Positions 8,473-15,604 of a stretch of 38,637 bases of DNA are shown in pieces. The notes beneath the pieces were generated by a model, which was not told where the DNA came from, searched no databases, and saw only the letters and a list, made by a program, of their open reading frames with translations. A program made the position numbers and the translations under genes. The stretch spans positions 1-38,637 of the forward strand of contig CAZMXQ010000001.1 in the NCBI GenBank assembly GCA_964570335.1. Reading direction: 5' to 3'. The stretch comes from an uncultured Methanosarcinales archaeon. GTDB lineage: Archaea; Nanobdellota; Nanobdellia; Woesearchaeales; CAZJJJ01. The stretch's first letter is position 1; every line of letters begins with the position of its first letter.

Positions 8473-9381
8473 ATGTACGATGTTATCATAATTGGGGGAG
8501 GAATCGGTGGATTGACTGCCGGTATATATGCAGCAAGAAAGAAGATGAAGTTCCTTGTCCTATCTTCTGAGTTTGGTGGTCAGTTCAATGATAGTGGTGA
8601 AGTTCTTAACTATCCTGGAATAGTCAAGACTACAGGGTCTGAATTCTCAGAGATAATGAAAGAGCAGATAAGATTCAATGGTTTTGATGTGCAGAATGAG
8701 ACTGTAAATTCTGTTGAATCCGATGGGAAGTCGTATAAGATAATCACAGATAAAGATTCTTATGAGACAAAGACTATAATTGTAGCTTCAGGTGCTAGAG
8801 CCAGAAAACTCAACATAAAAGGTGAAGAAGAATTCAGGAATAAAGGAGTCACATACTGCGCTATATGTGACGGACCCATGTTCTCAGGGAAAGACGTTGC
8901 TGTGGTTGGTAGTGGAAGCTCAGCTCTTGAAGCAGTAGGTTTCCTTAAAGACATAGCCAATAAGATATACCTCCTCATACGGGGGGATAAGATGAAGGGA
9001 CATGAATACTTGCAAGATGAGGTGAACTCCTGCGATAATGTTGAAGTCATATACAATGCTCCGACAAAGGAGATACATGGTGATGTCATGGTAGACTCTC
9101 TGACTTACACAAAGGATGGGAAGGATGTTACCATAGATGTCCAAGGTGTCTTCGCTCAGATTGGAAGGATACCCAATACTGAGTTCATGGAAGGCTTGGT
9201 AGATATAGATGAACATGGTTTCATAAAGGTAGCCAAGGACATGTCGACTTCAAAACCAGGGATATTTGCGATAGGTGATTGTGCTGATGTTACAGACCAT
9301 CAGTATGTTATCTCAGCGGGTCAGGGATGTTCCGCATTGATTGAAGCATCTAGGTACATATCGTCAAGAAGGGACATATGA
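8473..9381 (+). CDS. trxB: Thioredoxin-disulfide reductase
   Basis: The FAD-binding motif is YDVIIIGGGIGGLTAG, the redox-active motif is CAICDG, and the second dinucleotide fold is VAVVGSGSSALE. A C-terminal GD motif (FAIGDC) is present. TATA-like TTTTTTAAAG lies at 8431..8440. Confidence 0.85.
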   Translation: MYDVIIIGGGIGGLTAGIYAARKKMKFLVLSSEFGGQFNDSGEVLNYPGIVKTTGSEFSEIMKEQIRFNGFDVQNETVNSVESDGKSYKIITDKDSYETKTIIVASGARARKLNIKGEEEFRNKGVTYCAICDGPMFSGKDVAVVGSGSSALEAVGFLKDIANKIYLLIRGDKMKGHEYLQDEVNSCDNVEVIYNAPTKEIHGDVMVDSLTYTKDGKDVTIDVQGVFAQIGRIPNTEFMEGLVDIDEHGFIKVAKDMSTSKPGIFAIGDCADVTDHQYVISAGQGCSALIEASRYISSRRDI

Positions 9382-9382
9382 A

Positions 9383-9388
9383 TTTTTT
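9383..9388 (+). terminator. Oligo-T tract after trxB
   Basis: A T6 run lies 2 nt after the trxB TGA stop. Archaeal intrinsic termination uses oligo-T tracts. Confidence 0.4.
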
Positions 9389-9419
9389 CTTACTTTGTTA
9401 CATGTCAGTTGTAGGGAAA

Positions 9420-9429
9420 ATATTTAAAT
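9420..9429 (+). promoter_or_regulatory. TATA box (ATATTTAAAT) of the nrdAB operon
   Basis: The 10-mer is identical to the one at 23693..23702. It lies about 110 nt upstream of the nrdA ATG, so this mRNA has a leader, with AAGGAG at 9523..9528. Confidence 0.5.
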
Positions 9430-9437
9430 GACTGTCA

Positions 9438-9455
9438 GACACAATATATTGTGTC
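9438..9455. promoter_or_regulatory. NrdR-box-like perfect palindrome (box 1)
   Basis: GACACAATATATTGTGTC is a perfect 18-bp palindrome. Its inner 16-mer ACACAATATATTGTGT fits the published bacterial NrdR box consensus acaCwAtATaTwGtgt. It sits where the transcription start is expected, about 20-30 nt after the TATA box. Confidence 0.55.
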
Positions 9456-9469
9456 TCGAAAGAAAGAGA

Positions 9470-9485
9470 CAACAATCTGTTGTGT
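9470..9485. promoter_or_regulatory. NrdR-box-like site (box 2, degenerate)
   Basis: CAACAATCTGTTGTGT shares 12 of 16 positions with box 1, and the centre-to-centre distance is 31 bp. In the alternative register ACAACA-atc-TGTTGT (9469..9483) the spacing is 29.5 bp. Confidence 0.4.
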
Positions 9486-9536
9486 TTTGTGAAAAAAACA
9501 TTAATTGAATGATCTGTTTATTAAGGAGTGGTAACT

Positions 9537-12338
9537 ATGTTGATGGTGAAGAAGAGGAATGGCAATCTGGTTGAGTTTGACAAGGACAGGATAGCTAATG
9601 CCATAAAGAAGGCAGTCGTATCATCGGGTGAGAAGATATCATCTTCAGTCTTTGATGATCTCATGGACACTATAGTCTCAGAGGTGGAGAATCAATTCAC
9701 CACAAAAAGTCCTTCTGTCGAGGAGATACAGGATATAGTTGAGCGAAGCATAGTGAAGAAAGGACTTTATGAACTTTCAAAGGAGTATATATTATACAGG
9801 GCAAAAAGGAACCAGGAAAGAGAAGAGAGAAAGAAAGAGTGGTTTGAGAAGGCTACTCATGGAGAGCTCACTGTCATAAAGAAGGATGGAACGAAGACGA
9901 AGTTCGATCCCGAGAAGATTACAAGTATAGTAGAGAGGTCCATACAAGGGAACGAGGGAGATGTATCTGTAGAGACCATCTTGAAGGAGTTCATGAGGAA
10001 CATATATGATGGAATAACTACTGAGGAGATCTACAAGGCTCTCATACTGGCTACCATTTCCTTCATCGAGCTGGATCCTGCTTATGGGAGGACTGCAGCA
10101 AACATTTTCTTGGAGAGAGTGTATAAGGAAGTGTTTGGTGAATCCGTAACGAATCTCACCCTACTCAGCAGATACAGGACAACTTTTGCAGAGAACATAA
10201 AAAAGGGTGTTGATGCAGGCATTTATGACAAGAGATTGCTAGATTTTGATCTTGAGAAACTATCCAGGAGTATAGATGTATCCAGAGATAAGCTTTTGGG
10301 GTATATAGGCATTCAGACCCTATATGAGAGATATTTCCTAAGAAAGGATGACAGATGTCTCGAGCTTCCTCAAGCATTCTGGATGAGAGTAGCTATGGGG
10401 CTGGCTATAAACGAAGATGAGAAAGAGGAGAAGGCTGCAGAATTCTATGATGTACTCTCAAGCCTAAGATTTGTGTCAAGTACACCAACGCTCTTTCACT
10501 CAGGACTTACAAGACCACAGCTGAGCTCATGTTATCTGAGCAAGGTGGATGATGATCTTGATCATATATTCAAGTGCATAGGTGATAACGCACAGATGTC
10601 CAAATGGTCAGGGGGGATCGGTAATGACTGGACTTCTGTAAGAGCAACAGGTGCTCTGATAAAAAGCACCAGAGTTGAGAGTCAGGGTATCGTGCCATTC
10701 TTGAAGATCGCTAATGATACTACTCTCGCTATAAATAGGAGTGGGAAGAGAAGAGGTGCAACATGTGCGTATCTCGAGACTTGGCATCTGGATATTGAAG
10801 ATTTCCTGGATCTCAGGAAGAATACTGGTGATGAGAGGAGAAGGACTCATGATATGAATACTGCCAACTGGGTTCCTGACCTATTTATGAAGCGTGTCAT
10901 GGAAGATGAGAATTGGACTCTTTTCTCTCCTGAAGAGGTTCCTGACCTGCATGAGACATACGGTAGGGATTTCGAGAAGCGCTATGTGGCATATGAGAAG
11001 GCTGCTCAAGAGGGCAAGATAAAGAAATCTCGTTCCATACCTGCTGTAAAGCTATGGAGGAAGATGCTTACAAGACTCTTTGAGACAGGACATCCATGGA
11101 TAACATTCAAGGATCCTTCAAATGTAAGGTCTCCTCAGGATCATGCAGGTGTTGTACACAACTCTAATCTATGTACGGAGATAACCCTGAATGATTCAGC
11201 AGATGAGACAGCAGTCTGCAATCTAGGCTCAGTGAACCTGGAGAGACATGTCCAGAAAGGGGAGATCCACAGGGAGCTAGTGGCAGACACAGTATCAACA
11301 GCTATGAGGATGTTGGATAATGTTATAGATATAAATTTCTATCCTACAAAAGAGGCAAAAAACTCTAATCTCAGGCATCGTCCTGTAGGTCTAGGTCTAA
11401 TGGGATTCCAGGATGCTCTCTTCAAGCTTGATATACCTTTCGAGAGCAACAAATCGTTGGAGTTTGCAGATGAGATGATGGAGATAATATCTTACAATGC
11501 AATCTTGGGTTCTTCACAGATAGCAAAGGAGAAGGGAACCTATGAGTCTTACAAAGGTTCGAAGTGGGAAAGAGGATTGTTCCCTCTTGACACTCTTTCT
11601 CTCCTAGAGGAAGAAAGAGGTATGAAGATACCTCTCAATAAGGAGTCAAGTCTTGACTGGACACCTGTGAGAGACCATGTGAAGAAGTATGGTATGAGGA
11701 ACTCGAATACTATGGCGATAGCACCGACTGCTACTATAGCGAACATATCTGGAGTATTCCCTTGCATTGAGCCGATATACAAGAACATATATGTGAAGTC
11801 CAATATGAGCGGAGAGTTCACGGTTGTCAACGAGTATCTTGTTAATGAGCTCAAAGAGCTAGGTCTTTGGACAAAGGATATGTTGGAGCAGATCAAATAT
11901 CATGATGGGAACCTTGACCCTATAACCTCCATCCCTGACAGGCTAAAGGAGAAGTACAAAGAAGCCTTTGACGTCGATCCGAAGCATCTGATAGATCTTA
12001 CAGCTGTTAGAGGTAAATGGATTGACCAGAGCCAAAGCCACAATATATTCATAAAAGGTGTTTCTGGTAAGAAGATTGACGATGTGTACAAGCATGCATG
12101 GAAGATGGGGCTGAAGACGACATACTATATGAGAAGTCTAGCCGCAACCCAGATAGAGAAATCTACACTTGATGCTAAGAAGTATGGATATACACAGAAG
12201 AGAGATCTCGCTAAACCAAAGGATCAAGAGAAGCCGAAGGAAACTCAGAAGGTAGAAGAGGCCAAGGTTGAGAGACCTGCTTCTCAAGTCACAAACGTAT
12301 GTAGTATAATGGATCCTGATTGCGAGTCTTGCCAGTGA
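9537..12338 (+). CDS. nrdA: Ribonucleoside-diphosphate reductase alpha subunit (class I) with two N-terminal ATP-cones
   Basis: There are two ATP-cone-like segments (VKKRNGNLVEFDKDRIANAI... and VIKKDGTKTKFDPEKITSIV...). The catalytic core contains NLCTEI and the C-terminal Cys tail reads CSIMDPDCESCQ. The gene is followed by nrdB. I chose the ATG at 9537 because it is 8 nt after AAGGAG; the ORF track opens at GTG 9528. Confidence 0.9.
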   Translation: MLMVKKRNGNLVEFDKDRIANAIKKAVVSSGEKISSSVFDDLMDTIVSEVENQFTTKSPSVEEIQDIVERSIVKKGLYELSKEYILYRAKRNQEREERKKEWFEKATHGELTVIKKDGTKTKFDPEKITSIVERSIQGNEGDVSVETILKEFMRNIYDGITTEEIYKALILATISFIELDPAYGRTAANIFLERVYKEVFGESVTNLTLLSRYRTTFAENIKKGVDAGIYDKRLLDFDLEKLSRSIDVSRDKLLGYIGIQTLYERYFLRKDDRCLELPQAFWMRVAMGLAINEDEKEEKAAEFYDVLSSLRFVSSTPTLFHSGLTRPQLSSCYLSKVDDDLDHIFKCIGDNAQMSKWSGGIGNDWTSVRATGALIKSTRVESQGIVPFLKIANDTTLAINRSGKRRGATCAYLETWHLDIEDFLDLRKNTGDERRRTHDMNTANWVPDLFMKRVMEDENWTLFSPEEVPDLHETYGRDFEKRYVAYEKAAQEGKIKKSRSIPAVKLWRKMLTRLFETGHPWITFKDPSNVRSPQDHAGVVHNSNLCTEITLNDSADETAVCNLGSVNLERHVQKGEIHRELVADTVSTAMRMLDNVIDINFYPTKEAKNSNLRHRPVGLGLMGFQDALFKLDIPFESNKSLEFADEMMEIISYNAILGSSQIAKEKGTYESYKGSKWERGLFPLDTLSLLEEERGMKIPLNKESSLDWTPVRDHVKKYGMRNSNTMAIAPTATIANISGVFPCIEPIYKNIYVKSNMSGEFTVVNEYLVNELKELGLWTKDMLEQIKYHDGNLDPITSIPDRLKEKYKEAFDVDPKHLIDLTAVRGKWIDQSQSHNIFIKGVSGKKIDDVYKHAWKMGLKTTYYMRSLAATQIEKSTLDAKKYGYTQKRDLAKPKDQEKPKETQKVEEAKVERPASQVTNVCSIMDPDCESCQ

Positions 12339-12363
12339 GATGCGAAAAATAGAGGTGATATTG

Positions 12364-12435
12364 ATGATGAATAAGATTTCGGAAAATTGTGTAAAAAGTT
12401 GCAGACTTGGAGTCTACAGAGGTGATGCTAAATGA
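12364..12435 (+). other. Leader ORF 1 (23 codons) between nrdA and nrdB
   Basis: GAGGTGAT at 12352..12359 precedes ATG 12364, giving MMNKISENCVKSCRLGVYRGDAK. The TGA at 12433..12435 overlaps the next ATG at 12432 as ATGA. Confidence 0.3.
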
Positions 12436-12446
12436 CTATAATAAAT
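12391..12446 (+). repeat. Tandem direct repeat, copy 1 (86-bp period)
   Basis: GTAAAAAGTTGCAGACTTGGAGTCTACAGAGGTGATGCTAAATGACTATAATAAA matches 12477..12532 with only 2 differences by eye. It carries a hairpin (AGACT-tgg-AGTCT), GAGGTGAT and an ATG followed by ACTATAATAAA. Confidence 0.9.
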
Positions 12447-12518
12447 AACCCGCAAGAGATTTTTTCAAAAAATCTCGTAAAAAGTTGCAGACTTGAAGTC
12501 TACAGAGGTGATGCTTAA
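12432..12518 (+). other. Leader ORF 2 (28 codons), starts with the duplicated nrdB N-terminus
   Basis: The peptide is MTIINNPQEIFSKNLVKSCRLEVYRGDA. Its first 7 residues are identical to NrdB (MTIINNP). The stop TAA at 12516..12518 overlaps the nrdB ATG at 12518 as TAATG. Confidence 0.3.
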
Positions 12519-12532
12519 TGACTATAATAAAC
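12477..12532 (+). repeat. Tandem direct repeat, copy 2 (contains the real nrdB SD and start)
   Basis: See copy 1. GAGGTGAT lies at 12505..12512 and the nrdB ATG at 12518. Confidence 0.9.
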
Positions 12533-13513
12533 AATCCAAAGACGGATCCTAATAAGATACTTCCTATGAAGTATAAATGGGCAAGACAACACTATAAAGA
12601 CGGATTGGCAAACACATGGACTCCTGAAGAGATTCCTATGCAGGATGATATCGAGCAATGGAAGTCTGATAAGACATTGACAGAGAAGGAGAGGAGGCTC
12701 ATATTATGGAACCTGGGATTCTTCTCTACTGCTGAGTCTCTTACAGCTAACAATATTGTCTTGGCAGTGTATAATCATGTAACGAATCCAGAGTCTAGGC
12801 AGTATCTGCTAAGACAGGCCTTTGAAGAGGCTGTCCACACTGATACTTTCATATATTGTTGTGATTCTCTTGGTCTGGATCCTGACGAGATCTTCGGGAT
12901 GTATGAGGATATACCTACAATAAAGGAAAAAGATGATTTTGTCATCAAGCTGACAGAATCTGTGCTTGATCCTAACTTCTCTACAGAGGGTACTGAGAAT
13001 GTAAAGAAGTTTGTCCACGATCTTGTCGGATTCTATGTGATAATGGAAGGTATATTCTTCTATGCTGGATTCGCCATGATGCTCGCCCTCAAAAGACAGC
13101 ACAAGATGCCAGGTACAGGTGAACAGTTCGAGTATATAATGAGAGATGAGAGCCTACACTTAGCTTTCGGTTGTGACCTGATAAACACTATAAAAGAAGA
13201 GTTCCCTGATATCTGGACACAGGACTTCAAGGACGAGCTGGTAGGATTGATAAAAGAGTCTGTAGAGCTGGAGAAAAAATATGCTAAGGATGCATGTCCT
13301 GAGGGTCTCCTCGGGATCAATGCGGATCAGTTCATCCAGTATGTCGAGTATATAGCTGATAGAAGGCTTGAGAGGATCGGGCTTCCTGCGCAGTACCACA
13401 AGGATAATCCATTCCCTTGGATGAGCCAGGCAACGGATCTCTCGAAAGAGAAGAATTTCTTCGAGACAAGAGTTACTGAGTATCAGACTGGTTCTCTTGA
13501 ATGGGATGATTGA
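12518..13513 (+). CDS. nrdB: Ribonucleotide reductase beta subunit, class Ic-like (R2c, predicted Mn/Fe, no radical tyrosine)
   Basis: The ferritin-like ligand motifs are TAE(73)SL, FEE(104)AVH(107), MEGIFF and MRDESLH. The residue 4 positions after the first His is F111 (TTC at 12848..12850), where class Ia has the radical Tyr. The first ligand is Glu rather than Asp. From memory, the overall sequence strongly resembles Chlamydia-type R2c. Confidence 0.85.
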   Translation: MTIINNPKTDPNKILPMKYKWARQHYKDGLANTWTPEEIPMQDDIEQWKSDKTLTEKERRLILWNLGFFSTAESLTANNIVLAVYNHVTNPESRQYLLRQAFEEAVHTDTFIYCCDSLGLDPDEIFGMYEDIPTIKEKDDFVIKLTESVLDPNFSTEGTENVKKFVHDLVGFYVIMEGIFFYAGFAMMLALKRQHKMPGTGEQFEYIMRDESLHLAFGCDLINTIKEEFPDIWTQDFKDELVGLIKESVELEKKYAKDACPEGLLGINADQFIQYVEYIADRRLERIGLPAQYHKDNPFPWMSQATDLSKEKNFFETRVTEYQTGSLEWDD

Positions 13514-13532
13514 TCCTTTCAATCTTCCTTTC

Positions 13533-13539
13533 TTTTTTT
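13533..13539 (+). terminator. Oligo-T tract after nrdB
   Basis: A T7 run lies 20 nt after the nrdB stop. Confidence 0.45.
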
Positions 13540-13549
13540 ATTACGGTTT

Positions 13550-13640
13550 GGGTGTAATACAAGTTGAATGAAATTCAACTGTACAGACAAATTCTTCTGA
13601 TTTGTCTTGTACCCCGGAGCTTGCTCCGCGGGATAACCCA
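13550..13640 (+). ncRNA. Structured intergenic element (three consecutive hairpins); candidate small RNA or repeat element, copy A
   Basis: The hairpins are GTTGAAT-gaa-ATTCAAC (13563..13579), AGACAAAT-tcttctg-ATTTGTCT (13585..13607), and a GC-rich hairpin CCCCGGAG/CTCCGCGGG (13612..13632). The flanks resemble the motif at 38597..38637. The strand is not established. Confidence 0.3.
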
Positions 13641-13703
13641 TTTTCAAATATTTTCTTTTTATTCATCATTAGTTTTATTAATAATATAGCGATACTGTGC
13701 TCT

Positions 13704-14360
13704 ATGGATATTGATACGATGGAAGGGGTTCTTGCAGAGCTCGACAATATAGTGAAGGATTTCGATGTACCTGTAGTTGACCTGATCAAGACTCAGGGTG
13801 CGGATCCTTTCAAGATATTGATAACAACCATACTTTCTTCAAGGACAAAAGATGGTACTACAGCGAAAGCTGCTCAGAGACTTTTCGATAAGGCAACATC
13901 CTTTGATGACCTAAGAAAGCTTTCTGAAGATGAACTGAAAGAGCTGATATTCCCTGTCGGATTCTATAAGACAAAAGCTAAGAATATAAAGAAGATCCCT
14001 GATTTCATAGATGAAGAGTTCTCTGGCAAGATCCCTGAGGAGGTGGATAATCTAGTATCGCTTCCTGGCGTAGGTCGGAAGACTGCCAATCTTGTCTCGG
14101 CAATAGCCTTCGGGAAGGATGCCATATGTGTAGATACACACGTGCATAGGATATGCAATAGGCTTGGATTCATATCTACGAGTGACCCTTTTGAGACAGA
14201 GATGACTCTGAGGGAAAGATTACCTAAGAGATACTGGAAGATGATAAACAGAGTGCTTGTGGCTTTCGGACAGAATACTTGTGTCCCTTCGTCTCCTTTC
14301 TGCAGTTCCTGCCCCATAAGTGATAGATGTGAAATGGTGGGAGTAAAAAGACAGAGATGA
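13704..14360 (+). CDS. nth: Endonuclease III (DNA-(apurinic or apyrimidinic site) lyase)
   Basis: The HhH-GPD motif is LVSLPGVGRKTANLV, a catalytic-region Asp is present (DTHVHR), and the C-terminal 4Fe-4S loop is C-x6-C-x2-C-x5-C (CVPSSPFCSSCPISDRC). I chose the ATG at 13704; the upstream part of the tracked ORF overlaps the hairpin region and looks non-coding. Confidence 0.85.
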   Translation: MDIDTMEGVLAELDNIVKDFDVPVVDLIKTQGADPFKILITTILSSRTKDGTTAKAAQRLFDKATSFDDLRKLSEDELKELIFPVGFYKTKAKNIKKIPDFIDEEFSGKIPEEVDNLVSLPGVGRKTANLVSAIAFGKDAICVDTHVHRICNRLGFISTSDPFETEMTLRERLPKRYWKMINRVLVAFGQNTCVPSSPFCSSCPISDRCEMVGVKRQR

Positions 14361-14417
14361 ACTGTTAATTTTACTTGGTGTCTGTTACCATGATAATCAT
14401 GAGATTGATGTGTGAAG

Positions 14418-15071
14418 ATGATGACTGATGATGTTTTGATGGAGAAAGTCAATGAGCTTAAGAGCATACCTGAGGTCAGACTACAGATTGAGCAGAGATT
14501 GAGAGAGTTCACTAGCTTCAGCGATAAGGATGACTCAGAATGGTTCTCAGAGATGTGTTTCTGCTTGCTAACCTCAAATTCTAGAGCTGATACTGCCATG
14601 AAGATTCAAGAAGAGTTAGGTGCAAGAGGTTTCATAGACTCTAGTGCTGATGAGATAAAGGATGTGATCATGAAACATAAGCATCGTTTCCATAATAATA
14701 AGACAAGGTTCATAATGGCTGCAAGAGATAGAGGTCTTACATCAGTGAGAAAGACGATAGAACCTTTGGCACTCAGGTCACAGGAGGAGGCAAGAGAATG
14801 GTTAGTTTCGAATGTCAAAGGTCTTGCTTACAAGGAAGCATCTCACTTTCTGAGGAATGTGGGCTTCTTTGATCTTGCAATACTCGATAGGCATATACTT
14901 AATCTTATGAAAGAGTATGGATACATAGAAGAGAGGCCGAAATCTCTCAACAGGAAGAATTATGTAGAGATAGAGAATGTTTTCAAAGAGATGGCAAGAA
15001 TGAATTCCATGTCCTGTGCGGAACTTGATTTCTATATGTGGTATATGAAAGCTGGTGGAGTCCTTAAATGA
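14418..15071 (+). CDS. ogg: Archaeal Ogg2-type 8-oxoguanine DNA glycosylase/AP lyase
   Basis: The segments EWFSEMCFCLLTSNS and GLAYKEASHFLRNVGFFDLAILDRHIL closely match the Methanocaldococcus-type Ogg family, with catalytic Lys in YKEAS and Asp in LDRH. Confidence 0.8.
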   Translation: MMTDDVLMEKVNELKSIPEVRLQIEQRLREFTSFSDKDDSEWFSEMCFCLLTSNSRADTAMKIQEELGARGFIDSSADEIKDVIMKHKHRFHNNKTRFIMAARDRGLTSVRKTIEPLALRSQEEAREWLVSNVKGLAYKEASHFLRNVGFFDLAILDRHILNLMKEYGYIEERPKSLNRKNYVEIENVFKEMARMNSMSCAELDFYMWYMKAGGVLK

Positions 15072-15080
15072 TTTAGGGAG

Positions 15081-15374
15081 TCATGGTCTGAAGAGAACTA
15101 GAACTCCTCCCACTTGTAATATGACCCTAGAATGTGTGCGCTTTGCTATCTCATCTCCTATGGTCCTCCTGTTATAGTTCTCCATGAATGCTTTAAGGAA
15201 CTTTATCTTTATGAGCTTCCTTTTCTTGAGGTGTAACTGTATCTCTTCTATTATCTTATCATCTATCCCTCTTTTCCCGAGTCTCAGAATGGGCTCAAGG
15301 TTTTTTGAGACCTCTCTGAGCTCTTTTTCTGTCGCATTTGATGCCACTATATTCTTCTTACTATCTTTGCTCAT
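15081..15374 (-). CDS. YhbY/CRM-domain RNA-binding protein
   Basis: The 97-aa protein contains LGKRGIDDKIIEEIQLHLKKRKLIKIKF...RVILQVGGVLVLFRP, typical of the YhbY/CRS1 family. Confidence 0.75.
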   Translation of the reverse strand: MSKDSKKNIVASNATEKELREVSKNLEPILRLGKRGIDDKIIEEIQLHLKKRKLIKIKFLKAFMENYNRRTIGDEIAKRTHSRVILQVGGVLVLFRP

Positions 15375-15604
15375 GTATCCTGATAACCGCAGCCTTATTA
15401 AAAAGGTTTTCAGTACTTTTCGCTATGATCTGACAGTTTGGAAACTATAATAATGTCTTTTTTTGGACCCACTCAGTAATAAAAACAAAAACTTATAAAA
15501 CTACTAAAAGAAACAGTGGTATATAAATGAAATCTGGCTACATATGATTTTTGTTATCTAAGGTGTTTTTTGTGGATAAAAAGAAGGAAGAAAGGCATGA
15601 TAGT

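Noticed and set aside
12456-12476. The hairpin plus T-run between nrdA and nrdB as a simple nrdA terminator that makes nrdB a separate transcription unit
   Set aside because: No TATA-like element lies between it and the nrdB start, and the SD/start duplication pattern argues for co-transcription. I keep it only as a possible attenuator inside the leader-ORF finding.
13561-13612. The 52-nt insertion in repeat copy A as an archaeal bulge-helix-bulge (tRNA-type) intron
   Set aside because: I tried all four equivalent junction registers. None gives a 3-nt bulge / 4-bp helix / 3-nt bulge with splice sites after the second bulge nucleotide. The surrounding sequence also has no tRNA cloverleaf (no T-loop, no acceptable anticodon loop).
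13602-13703. The N-terminal 34-codon extension of the nth ORF as given in the ORF track, and the 82-aa minus-strand ORF 13541..13789
   Set aside because: The extension overlaps the hairpin/repeat region and encodes a hydrophobic low-complexity peptide not found in endonuclease III. The ATG at 13704 gives a normal Nth N-terminus. The minus-strand ORF has no support.
13964-14599. A 211-aa minus-strand ORF spanning the nth-ogg junction
   Set aside because: It is entirely antisense to two well-supported genes (nth and ogg). Its Ser/Leu-rich composition is typical of the reverse frame of Glu/Lys-rich coding sequence, and it has no promoter or start context. I treat it as a shadow ORF.
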